The notes beneath the pieces are model-generated. The model did not search any database, was not told the DNA's origin, and saw nothing but the letters and a program-made list of their open reading frames with translations. A program made the translations under genes and the position numbers. From an uncultured archaeon (GTDB taxonomy: Archaea > Asgardarchaeota > Heimdallarchaeia > Heimdallarchaeales > Heimdallarchaeaceae), in assembly GCA_964549075.1 (NCBI GenBank), contig CAZJUB010000036.1, forward strand, positions 1 to 21,153: a DNA stretch of 21,153 bases, in the 5' to 3' direction. How positions within the stretch are numbered: the first letter of the stretch is position 1; every line of letters begins with the position of its first letter. Positions 1-8,087 of this stretch are shown here, in pieces.

Positions 1-384
1 CTTGTCATCAAATTCAAAATTCTTAGGATGTTTCTTAACTCCTGCTTCTTTTCGATCTTTTATTGCGTGAAGATCATCAAAATCCAATTTAATTTTATTT
101 CTTACATCTGTTGATTTAGCTAGTTTTACTGCCCTTATTGTTGCATCTTCAATGCTCTCATTTGTTAGTTCTGGTGTAAAACTATATCCTGGTGTACCTT
201 TATAATAAGCCATAATACCAATACCTTTTCGATGAAGTGATGATGATGTTTTGATAATATCATTTGTAAGATTTATAGTTGTTAATTGTAAATCATCATA
301 TCTAGCTTCAATAAATTCTCCACCAAGTTTCTGACCTTTTTCAACTGCTTCATGTAAGAGATCAAAAACATATTCTTTTTCCAT
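1..384 (-). CDS. tldD: TldD/PmbA family metalloprotease, N-terminal part (truncated by window edge; absent from ORF track)
   Basis: Manual translation from ATG at 384: MEKEYVFDLLHEAVEKGQKLGGEFIEARYDDLQLTTINLTNDIIKTSSSLHRKGIGIMAYYKGTPGYSFTPELTNESIEDATIRAVKLAKS..., open to base 1. Matches the TldD/PmbA N-terminal pattern (A...G..F.E.R ... G.GI...Y.G..GY.FT). GGTGA Shine-Dalgarno-like motif just upstream. Confidence 0.85.
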   Translation of the reverse strand, partial: MEKEYVFDLLHEAVEKGQKLGGEFIEARYDDLQLTTINLTNDIIKTSSSLHRKGIGIMAYYKGTPGYSFTPELTNESIEDATIRAVKLAKSTDVRNKIKLDFDDLHAIKDRKEAGVKKHPKNFEFDDK

Positions 385-390
385 TTATTT

Positions 391-396
391 TCACCT
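391..396 (-). promoter_or_regulatory. Shine-Dalgarno-like site (AGGTGA) for tldD
   Basis: The + strand tcacct reads AGGTGA on the - strand, 6 nt upstream of the ATG at 384. Confidence 0.6.
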
Positions 397-556
397 AATA
401 GTTCATAATACATCCTTTAACTAATCCGAGTAAACCTCAGAAATTTATAAAATATTTTGTCAAGCAGTCATCAATTGCTAGTCCATTTTCAAGCTGATAT
501 GCTCTTTTTCTTATCCTTGTTTTCGCAAATTTAAGCATTTAGCAATATGTTAATTC

Positions 557-564
557 TTATATAA
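557..564 (+). promoter_or_regulatory. Putative archaeal TATA box for 586..1992 (likely leaderless transcript)
   Basis: TTATATAA lies 22-29 nt upstream of the ATG at 586, and there is no SD motif. Confidence 0.5.
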
Positions 565-585
565 TACTATTTGTCTTGATTATCA

Positions 586-1992
586 ATGCTGAATGTGAAG
601 ATATCTTTAGTTACATCTACTGGTATTTTGTTAGCTTCAAAACCTGAAGCAGTTGATGATACTAGGCAGATTCTAGCAACAGGATTAATGACAGCATTAA
701 TTTCGTTCTCTAAAGAAGTTCATCAAAGAGAATTGCAATCAATATCCTATCACGATCGTACAGTTTCTTTTGTAAGAGTTCATGATTTTGTTCTTATACT
801 CGAAACTATTGATGAAGAATCAACTCTATCAGAAAAACGTCTAGAACAGCTTTTAGATCAACTTAAAGCGTGTACATCACCTCTTCTTGAAGGAGTAGAC
901 TCTGATAAAATAACGGAAGGTGAAGCAGGAATTATTCTAGATCGCTGTTTACAGGATATTCAACTGATTCATTATTCAATTACTGAACAACCACTTAAGA
1001 TGGTTGATAGCGCTTATTTTACAATCTTACATACAAAAAAAGGTTGGGAAACAAAAGAAGAAGCAAGTTCTGATCCATTTATCCCGATTATTGCTCCTAT
1101 GCTTGATACAATGAAAGCTAACGAGAAGTGCAAAGGTGAGTTAAAAGGACTTATAACACATTTACCACAAGAAAAAAGTACAGTATATATAGTCATAGAT
1201 ACTGATGGCAAAGAATCGAAAATCGGTCTTTTGAAAATCCCTCTTGAACTGGATTCCGTCTTATTTAGATTATTTACTATGTTAGATGAAATGCTAAAGA
1301 AATTATCTAAGGAGCAATCAAAACTAAGTATGAAAAAAATCATTAACATTCTAAAAGACATTGATGATCCTGGAAATCGGTTATCAAGAATTAGTTTAGA
1401 AGATTTATCTCCTTCATTTTTGGAAAGAAGTGTAGGACGTAATTTAGATGAAGCAATTTATTCTGCTATCATAGGTGATCCTATATATATTGTTGGTGAC
1501 AAACCTACAGTAAGAGTAGTTTTAGATACGCTGTCGATTTTCACTCAGCATTTACAAACTTCAGTTAATCCATGGGTGTTAGAAAATGACATCACTAGAA
1601 GCGGAAAATGCGATTTGAATGCAAGAATATGTGGTATGTCTCCTGAGATTTTTAAAATACTTTCTGAAGGTGAAGTTATCTCAGAAACTGATACTTGCAT
1701 TAACTTAATTACAAATCGTGTTATAGGAATAAATTCTAGCAATCATTTCAAGAAATTATTTGATATAATTAAAAAATTACCAATAACTGAAATAGTATCT
1801 AAAATCGCCTTAGAATTAGAAAAATTAGTCTCTTTATCAATTGATTTTACTTCAATAAGTCTGGTAGATAAAGATAAAGGGAAGCATCAATTTAAAGAAA
1901 TTAGCTCGAAATCTGGTTACTCTTCAAGTTTTATACAAAAAGCACTAGAATTAGCTGTAAAACGAAATGTTCTCTTAGATTATTTACTTTAA
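586..1992 (+). CDS. Longin + DENN-like multidomain protein, paralog A (putative eukaryotic signature protein)
   Basis: 468-aa ORF. N-terminal longin pattern (ISLVTSTGILLAS / ILATGLMTALISFSKEV / LQSISYHDRTVSFVRVHDFVLILET). C-terminal AIYSAIIGDPIYIVGDKPTVRVVLDTLSIF...ICGMS resembles the DENN core. Clear paralog of 2839..4248. Confidence 0.65.
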   Translation: MLNVKISLVTSTGILLASKPEAVDDTRQILATGLMTALISFSKEVHQRELQSISYHDRTVSFVRVHDFVLILETIDEESTLSEKRLEQLLDQLKACTSPLLEGVDSDKITEGEAGIILDRCLQDIQLIHYSITEQPLKMVDSAYFTILHTKKGWETKEEASSDPFIPIIAPMLDTMKANEKCKGELKGLITHLPQEKSTVYIVIDTDGKESKIGLLKIPLELDSVLFRLFTMLDEMLKKLSKEQSKLSMKKIINILKDIDDPGNRLSRISLEDLSPSFLERSVGRNLDEAIYSAIIGDPIYIVGDKPTVRVVLDTLSIFTQHLQTSVNPWVLENDITRSGKCDLNARICGMSPEIFKILSEGEVISETDTCINLITNRVIGINSSNHFKKLFDIIKKLPITEIVSKIALELEKLVSLSIDFTSISLVDKDKGKHQFKEISSKSGYSSSFIQKALELAVKRNVLLDYLL

Positions 1993-2747
1993 TCAGGCTG
2001 TTTAACAAAATATCTGTAACCAAATTTTTCTTTAAAACCTAATTTTGTATATAGAGCAATAGCTCCTTTATTTTCTTTTTCAACCGCAAGGTACATCGTA
2101 TGAATATTATTTTTCTTTGACCAATTCATAACTTTTAACATAATGTTCTCACCGATACCTTCTCTTCTTCTTTTTTGGTGAACAATCAGATTATAGATTC
2201 CAATTGAATCATTATTAATAATTCCAAGCACAGTTCCTAAAGTATCTGTACCTTCTTTAGCGTAACAAATAATTTTTCCAAGAGTAATTCTTCCTATAAT
2301 TTTCTTTATACCTAGAACTTTATCAGAACTGCTTAAACTTAATTTAGCAAAAGTATGAAACCAATCATCTTGAACTTCTAATTCGGTTGTATATTGTAGA
2401 GGAGTATTATGTTTTTTTTCATGATGATTTTTAATTGATTTTGACATAACAATTGTTTCTCCTTGTTTCTCATATCTCTGGGATTCTAGAACTTCTACTA
2501 GTTTGTTTGGTTCAAAATAATCAGCTACTTGGAAAATAGTTGGTAAACTCCTGCTTGTATATAGTTCTTCAACATTCTTTACATCTGATTCTACATCATT
2601 ACCAAGATATCTTAATGTTAAAACACTATTAGCTCTTCTAGTAACGCCTTCTGAAAATCTGAGAATCCATCCTTTAAATAGTACATTATCTTTCGCTGTC
2701 CAAGCATTGTGTGCAAGTTCTTGAAAATGAATAATCTCTTTCTCCAT
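1989..2747 (-). CDS. GNAT family N-acetyltransferase
   Basis: 252 aa. Acetyl-CoA motif A (VHQKRRREGIG), C-terminal LAVEKENKGAIALYTKLGF, and the N-terminal GWILRFSEGVTRRANSV seen in two-domain GNATs. Its stop overlaps the stop of the convergent gene in the shared TTAA at 1989-1992. Confidence 0.92.
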   Translation of the reverse strand: MEKEIIHFQELAHNAWTAKDNVLFKGWILRFSEGVTRRANSVLTLRYLGNDVESDVKNVEELYTSRSLPTIFQVADYFEPNKLVEVLESQRYEKQGETIVMSKSIKNHHEKKHNTPLQYTTELEVQDDWFHTFAKLSLSSSDKVLGIKKIIGRITLGKIICYAKEGTDTLGTVLGIINNDSIGIYNLIVHQKRRREGIGENIMLKVMNWSKKNNIHTMYLAVEKENKGAIALYTKLGFKEKFGYRYFVKQPD

Positions 2748-2838
2748 CAGTTTTCAATAAATCAATGTTGAAGAAAAACCTTTCGGATACGTTAGCACTA
2801 AAGAAATTTACTTATAGGGCGGTAAAGATTGAAATAAC

Positions 2839-4248
2839 ATGAGAAGCTTACAATTGTCACTGGTTACAGCATCGGGAATATTGTTAGCTTCTAAACCAGA
2901 AACAGCTGATGACACTAAACAGATATTGGCTTCAAGTTTGATTAGTGCGATTATTACATTTGCAAAGGAAGTACATAGGCAAGAACTCCAGTCTATTTCT
3001 TATCATGATAAGAATATTTCTTTCGTCGAAGTTCATGATTTTATTTTCATCTTAGAAACCAAAGTCGAAGAAACACTCTTCTCTGACAGACAATTAACAC
3101 AGATTCTAGATCAAATCCACTTAAGTGCTGATCCACTACTTGTAGAAAGAGATGAATCTTTAATCACAGAAGGTGAAGCTGACCTAATACTTGAGCATGT
3201 TCTTCATGATGTGTATAACTTACCTCTATTCTTCTCAAAAAATCCATTAGTAGAATCTGAACCTTTAGTTTTTAGCATTATTCATTTTGATGAAAATGAC
3301 TCAGAAATTATAGAATCTGTTGGAAATACGGAGAAAGTTATTGAAACTTTGAATATGATTATACAACATAGATTGAAATATGATTTTGAAAAAAGACTTA
3401 CTGGAGTTTTACTATTTGTTCCTCAGAAGAAAACATCTGAGTTAGTAATAATTGAAAAAGCTGAAATGAGAACAAATGTGGGATTTCTTATTTTTAAACC
3501 AGATTTGGATTATACGGTTTTTCGTTTATTTCCGTTAATTGAAGAGAAGTTGCGCATTCTTGAGGAGCAAAACATTAATTTCGAGATGTTAGATATTCTC
3601 GATATTATTCAAAATATTGAAGATCCAGGAAACCACTTCACACATACAGATGTAGAAGAATTATCTCTCAGTTTTCTTACCAACGCTCTTCCAAACGACA
3701 TAGATAAAGCATTATATTCTGTAATTACTGGAAAAAAAGTTGTTCTTGTTGGAGATAAATTAACAGTAAAAATTGCTATTGATTCACTATCATTATTTGA
3801 TCAACATTTAGCTCTTAAGGTTCAAAGTTGGTTGGATAATGAAGAAGACGCAGTAAAGGCTCTTTTAAATTTAGATACAAGTCTTTGTGGAATGAATTTA
3901 GAGACCTTTAACAAGCTTGACTTTTCAAGAAATGATTTCAAAGATTTCACAATCGTTGATCTTATAGAAGGAATAGTTAAAGGTCATCAACAGAGTGTAT
4001 ATTATTATGAGCTATTCAAAAAATATGTTGCTGAGGAAATTACTAAAACTGCTCTTATAATTTTCAACGAGTTAAGAAAACTTGTTTCAATGTCTTACAT
4101 TATTACTTCCTTTTCATTATATAATAAAGAACAGGCAGAACCTTTATTCGAAAATTTATTTGAACTTTCCGGATTCCCTTCTAGTTTTGTCAATATAGCT
4201 ATTGATTTAGCAATCAAACGTAATCCTTTATTACAAAAATTAATTTAG
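2839..4248 (+). CDS. Longin + DENN-like multidomain protein, paralog B
   Basis: 469-aa ORF collinear with 586..1992 from end to end (GILLASKPE, ELQSISYHD, ITEGEA, FRLF, I.DPGN, VGDK.TV, CGM, LA.KRN). DENN-core-like segment ALYSVITGKKVVLVGDKLTVKIAIDSLSLF. Confidence 0.65.
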   Translation: MRSLQLSLVTASGILLASKPETADDTKQILASSLISAIITFAKEVHRQELQSISYHDKNISFVEVHDFIFILETKVEETLFSDRQLTQILDQIHLSADPLLVERDESLITEGEADLILEHVLHDVYNLPLFFSKNPLVESEPLVFSIIHFDENDSEIIESVGNTEKVIETLNMIIQHRLKYDFEKRLTGVLLFVPQKKTSELVIIEKAEMRTNVGFLIFKPDLDYTVFRLFPLIEEKLRILEEQNINFEMLDILDIIQNIEDPGNHFTHTDVEELSLSFLTNALPNDIDKALYSVITGKKVVLVGDKLTVKIAIDSLSLFDQHLALKVQSWLDNEEDAVKALLNLDTSLCGMNLETFNKLDFSRNDFKDFTIVDLIEGIVKGHQQSVYYYELFKKYVAEEITKTALIIFNELRKLVSMSYIITSFSLYNKEQAEPLFENLFELSGFPSSFVNIAIDLAIKRNPLLQKLI

Positions 4249-4268
4249 AACAATTTTGTTTCTCTATA

Positions 4269-4276
4269 TTTATAAA
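4269..4276 (+). promoter_or_regulatory. Putative TATA box of the ABC transporter operon
   Basis: TTTATAAA lies inside the non-conserved 5' extension of ORF 4256, upstream of the likely ATG at 4334. Confidence 0.45.
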
Positions 4277-4333
4277 TACGTTTGTTCAAATTCTCGCACA
4301 GAGGTAGAAAATTGCTTTGTGTGGAATGAAGAA

Positions 4334-5134
4334 ATGGCTGCTAGTAAAGAACCTATGATAAGAGTACAGAATATAACAAAATCATTTGGTGATGTTGTTG
4401 CTGTAAATAATTTGTCTTTTGAAGTCGAACCTGGCGAAATCTTTGGTCTTTTAGGTCCTAATGGTGCTGGGAAGACAACTACTGTTAAATTAATATTAGG
4501 ATTATTAGAATTGGATCAAGGTGAAATTGAGGTTTTTGGTCTTCATCCTGAAAAAGATGAAATCGAAATTAAGAAACATTTGGGATATGTTTCTGAAGAT
4601 CCTCTGATTTATAAATCTATGACACCTAGGATGTTATTTGATTTTATTAGTTCTATAAGAGATCTTGACGAAAAGGAAACAACTGAAAAATTGCAGTATT
4701 ATCTAGAAAGCTTGGAAGCCGTTGAATATTATGAAAAGCTCATTGCTACACTTTCAAGGGGAAATAAACAAAAAATGCAAGTAATTGCAGCGTTATTACA
4801 TGATCCAAAATTATTGATACTTGACGAACCTTTGACAGGTCTTGATGCTAAATCTGCAAAAGTAGTCAAGGAAATTATTGAACTTCACAGTGAAAGAGGT
4901 GGTTCTATTATTTTTTCCACCCATATCCTTGAAATTGCTGAAGAGTTGTGTGACAGAATAGCTATAATCGATAGAGGAAAGCTAGTTGCTGTAGGTACTG
5001 TTGAAGAACTATCTCGAATGGCTGATAAAGCTGGTGCAGATCTGGAAACTATTTTTCTAAAATTAACACATCAAGATGAAAGTGTTAATCAAATCATTCA
5101 GGATCTAAAAAAGATGTTTCAAAACAATAAATGA
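4334..5134 (+). CDS. ABC transporter ATP-binding protein (CcmA/DrrA-like exporter)
   Basis: Walker A GPNGAGKTT, signature LSRGNKQK, Walker B LLILDEP, H-loop STH. Start moved from TTG 4256 to in-frame ATG 4334 (MAASKEPMI...). Confidence 0.95.
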   Translation: MAASKEPMIRVQNITKSFGDVVAVNNLSFEVEPGEIFGLLGPNGAGKTTTVKLILGLLELDQGEIEVFGLHPEKDEIEIKKHLGYVSEDPLIYKSMTPRMLFDFISSIRDLDEKETTEKLQYYLESLEAVEYYEKLIATLSRGNKQKMQVIAALLHDPKLLILDEPLTGLDAKSAKVVKEIIELHSERGGSIIFSTHILEIAEELCDRIAIIDRGKLVAVGTVEELSRMADKAGADLETIFLKLTHQDESVNQIIQDLKKMFQNNK

Positions 5135-5145
5135 GAGTAATTTAA

Positions 5146-6978
5146 ATGAGTACAAGATTTCTTTACAAAACATCAAAAAGAATATACAAAGAAGCTGTTC
5201 TTGATGCTCAAATACATTCAGCAGGAAGCAACCAACAAAGATTTCTTGAAAAAATTGAAAAAGATAAAGTGGCTCGTTCTCCTGATATTATTTACAAAAT
5301 ACTTGCTACTATTTATATAGCTTCTTTAACTGCAATACCTATAGTTTCAGTTTTTACAATGTATTCACAACTTGCTACTGGTGTAAATATTGAGTGGATA
5401 AATTTTGCTGGAGGGATAGTAATTGGGATGTTTTTCTTATTTCAAATGGTGATCTTATTAGTATTTGCATTATTTTTCTCTTGGGGTATAATGTCTGGAG
5501 GTCCTTATGAATGGATACAAACTCTACCCTTTAACAGAAAACAAGTAGAGAAACTTGGATTCTTGACTTTTGCAAGAAGTATAAATGTTCAGCTAATAGT
5601 TATGACTTTGGTTCTTCCTGTTGGGATTGCAGTTGCTGTAAGCCTTTCAGTTGGAGTGTATCTAGGTTTTTGGAAAGTACTTAGTATTGTTTTAATCACA
5701 TTACTGTTATCTGTGTCCAATACTTGTTTTAATTTGGGATTGTTAGTAATTTTAGGTAGAAAATTAGCTATTGTTATGGAAGAATATGATGTTGCATCAA
5801 GAAAAGCAAATTTGATTAGGATTCTAACAATGCTATCATATATATTACTTTCAATGTTTGTAGTAACTGCTATTCAACTTGGTTTACAACAACTAGGACC
5901 TTTTTTCGGATTAAATGGTTTGTCAGTTAATAATTCAATTTTATTATCTGATATCCTTTCTTTTATCCCCTATCCTTTTTCTGGTGGATTTCTCCTATCT
6001 ATGTTTATCCTTGATTTCAATGGTGTTTCAACGATAACAGTCTTAGGTTCAATAACAGGTTTTATTCTGTTTTGTATTATTACATTTTTTGTAACAAAAA
6101 AAGCTTTAAGTACACTTAGAAACATTTCCTCTCCCGATATCAAGCGAAAAGAATTCCTAAAAAAGAAGACGACAATCGACGATATTGTTTCTAAAAAAAC
6201 AACTCCAATTAGAGCATTTTTCAAAAGAGATTTAGCAATTATAACTAGAGAGATGCAGCAAATAATAATTCTGATTTTACCGATTATGATGCCTGTATAT
6301 GCTGGCATAATTGGTATTTTTGATCCAGCAATAAAAATGACACTAATATCCATTCCTTCAGAAATAGTAAATCAGTTAAAACACAGTATGCCCTATCTCA
6401 GTGGATATGTTAGCCAATATAGTATTATTGGAAATACAGCTGTAAATGTTGTTTTCATTATCCTTATGGTCTATGTTATTACAAACACTATTGCAATGAT
6501 TATTAGTCTAACTAATATCGAAACAGGTGGTGAGACAATAACAGCTTCCTTACCATTGAATGTAAGAGATCAAGTTAAATCTAAACTTCCGTATTTCTTT
6601 GGTCCCATTATTATAGCAATGTTATTATCGATGCTTGTTCAGATAAGAATGTCAATATTTTTAAACTCACTTTATCTTAATCTTGCATTTATACCGGTTT
6701 ATCCAATTCTAGGGGTATCAGGATTATTGTTAAAAATTACTTTATTTGGAAGATTTAGACATAAATTTGTAGTTGAAGAAATTAAGAATAAATACAAATT
6801 TTGGAAATATTTCTTGTGTATCGTCTATTTGCTATTAGTAACAGCTTTGTTCATTTATGCTGCTATCATTGGTTATTGGGCTATTTTCACACTAGAAGCT
6901 GTTTTCATTCTAATAACTATACTTGCTTTTAATATAATGTTTCCAAAAAAAGAGTGGAAAATTAAGTACATTTTTTAG
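5146..6978 (+). CDS. ABC exporter permease (ABC-2-like, two fused membrane halves)
   Basis: 610 aa with about 12-14 hydrophobic segments. Repeated 'TLPF' / 'SLPL' loops and FFKRDLAIITRE are typical of ABC-2 permeases. Starts 11 nt after the ATPase stop. Confidence 0.85.
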   Translation: MSTRFLYKTSKRIYKEAVLDAQIHSAGSNQQRFLEKIEKDKVARSPDIIYKILATIYIASLTAIPIVSVFTMYSQLATGVNIEWINFAGGIVIGMFFLFQMVILLVFALFFSWGIMSGGPYEWIQTLPFNRKQVEKLGFLTFARSINVQLIVMTLVLPVGIAVAVSLSVGVYLGFWKVLSIVLITLLLSVSNTCFNLGLLVILGRKLAIVMEEYDVASRKANLIRILTMLSYILLSMFVVTAIQLGLQQLGPFFGLNGLSVNNSILLSDILSFIPYPFSGGFLLSMFILDFNGVSTITVLGSITGFILFCIITFFVTKKALSTLRNISSPDIKRKEFLKKKTTIDDIVSKKTTPIRAFFKRDLAIITREMQQIIILILPIMMPVYAGIIGIFDPAIKMTLISIPSEIVNQLKHSMPYLSGYVSQYSIIGNTAVNVVFIILMVYVITNTIAMIISLTNIETGGETITASLPLNVRDQVKSKLPYFFGPIIIAMLLSMLVQIRMSIFLNSLYLNLAFIPVYPILGVSGLLLKITLFGRFRHKFVVEEIKNKYKFWKYFLCIVYLLLVTALFIYAAIIGYWAIFTLEAVFILITILAFNIMFPKKEWKIKYIF

Positions 6979-6988
6979 TTCCACTTAA

Positions 6989-6997
6989 TTTTTTTTT
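6989..6997 (+). terminator. Oligo-T archaeal-type terminator
   Basis: T9 run 10 nt after the permease stop. Confidence 0.55.
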
Positions 6998-7043
6998 AAT
7001 GTAAAAACAATTCTAAAAGATGACAATTATTCTAAAGTAAATG

Positions 7044-7051
7044 TTATATAA
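7044..7051 (+). promoter_or_regulatory. Putative TATA box for the SDR gene
   Basis: TTATATAA preceded by a purine-rich BRE-like AAAGTAAATG. Confidence 0.5.
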
Positions 7052-7090
7052 TAGAGCTTTAGCAACTGAATGGAAGTTAGAAGGGATAAG

Positions 7091-8086
7091 ATGAAAATTC
7101 TATTAACTGGTCCATTTGGGAATGTTGGTGAAAGTACTTTAACAGAACTTCTAAAAAGAGGATATGAAGTAAGATGTTTTGATAAAAAAACTAAACATAC
7201 AAAGAAAGTACACAAAATTATGTCAACGAAAGGAAAATTTGAGACCATTTGGGGAGATATCAGAAATAAAAATGATGTCGAAAAAATAGTTCAAGATATC
7301 GATTATGTGATCCATTTGTGTGCTGTTATTCCCCCAGAAGCAGATGAAGATCCAAAATATGCAAATGAAGTTAATGCTGGAGGTATGCAGAATTTAGTTA
7401 ACGCTGCAGAAAAATTAGAAAAAAAACCTAGAATAATTTTTACAAGTTCATTGGCTATTTATGGTTCAAAAATGCATCTTCCTCCACCACGTTATGTAAC
7501 TGATGAAATAGAACCTCTACCTCACGATTTGTATGCTTTTCAAAAATGGGAAATGGAGAAGATTCTAAAAGCTAGTTCCTTAGAATGGATGATTTTAAGA
7601 TTAACAGCTGTCCCCTCTCTTAGGATGCCGATGAAAATTCCTTCACTAATGTTTGAAGTACCTTATGATCAAAGAATTGAATTCATTCATACTTGGGATG
7701 CTGGATTAGCTTGTGTGAATGCTTTAGATGCATTTGAAAATCACAAAATAATGCATCTTGCAGGAGGAGAAAAATGTCGAATAACAGCAGGTGATTATAT
7801 TACTCGACTCCTCAAATCATTTGGTGTTGGTCCTATACCTAGAGAATGCTTTCATGAACCTAAACACGAGAAGGATTGGTTCCATACTGATTGGTTATAT
7901 ACCGATGATTCACAAGAAATACTTCAGTATCAAAGACATACTTTAGAAGATTTTGCCTTAGAATTCGAAAATCGGATTAAAATTCGAAGAAATCTTATAA
8001 GCTTAGTTAGTCCTTTAGCTAAATTATTTTTAATTCTTAGGTCTCCTTATTACAGAGCAAATAAAAAAAAGGTAAAAGAAAAGTAA
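7091..8086 (+). CDS. Extended SDR, NAD(P)-dependent epimerase/dehydratase family oxidoreductase
   Basis: MKILLTGPFGNVG (GxxGxxG), GDI, VIHLCA, FTSS and catalytic YAFQK (YxxxK). Alternative start at ATG 7070. Confidence 0.92.
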   Translation: MKILLTGPFGNVGESTLTELLKRGYEVRCFDKKTKHTKKVHKIMSTKGKFETIWGDIRNKNDVEKIVQDIDYVIHLCAVIPPEADEDPKYANEVNAGGMQNLVNAAEKLEKKPRIIFTSSLAIYGSKMHLPPPRYVTDEIEPLPHDLYAFQKWEMEKILKASSLEWMILRLTAVPSLRMPMKIPSLMFEVPYDQRIEFIHTWDAGLACVNALDAFENHKIMHLAGGEKCRITAGDYITRLLKSFGVGPIPRECFHEPKHEKDWFHTDWLYTDDSQEILQYQRHTLEDFALEFENRIKIRRNLISLVSPLAKLFLILRSPYYRANKKKVKEK

Positions 8087-8087
8087 A

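Noticed and set aside
231-248. Short (TGA)n microsatellite-like run
   Set aside because: It encodes Ser-Ser-Ser in the TldD frame and is too short to be meaningful.
1014-1742. Antisense ORFs 1014..1361 and 1545..1742
   Set aside because: They lie wholly opposite paralog A, have no motifs, and are not kept as equivalent ORFs opposite paralog B; these are shadow frames.
4256-4333. 26-aa N-terminal extension of the ABC ATPase from TTG 4256
   Set aside because: It is non-conserved-looking, contains a TATA-like element, and the in-frame ATG at 4334 gives a normal-length protein.
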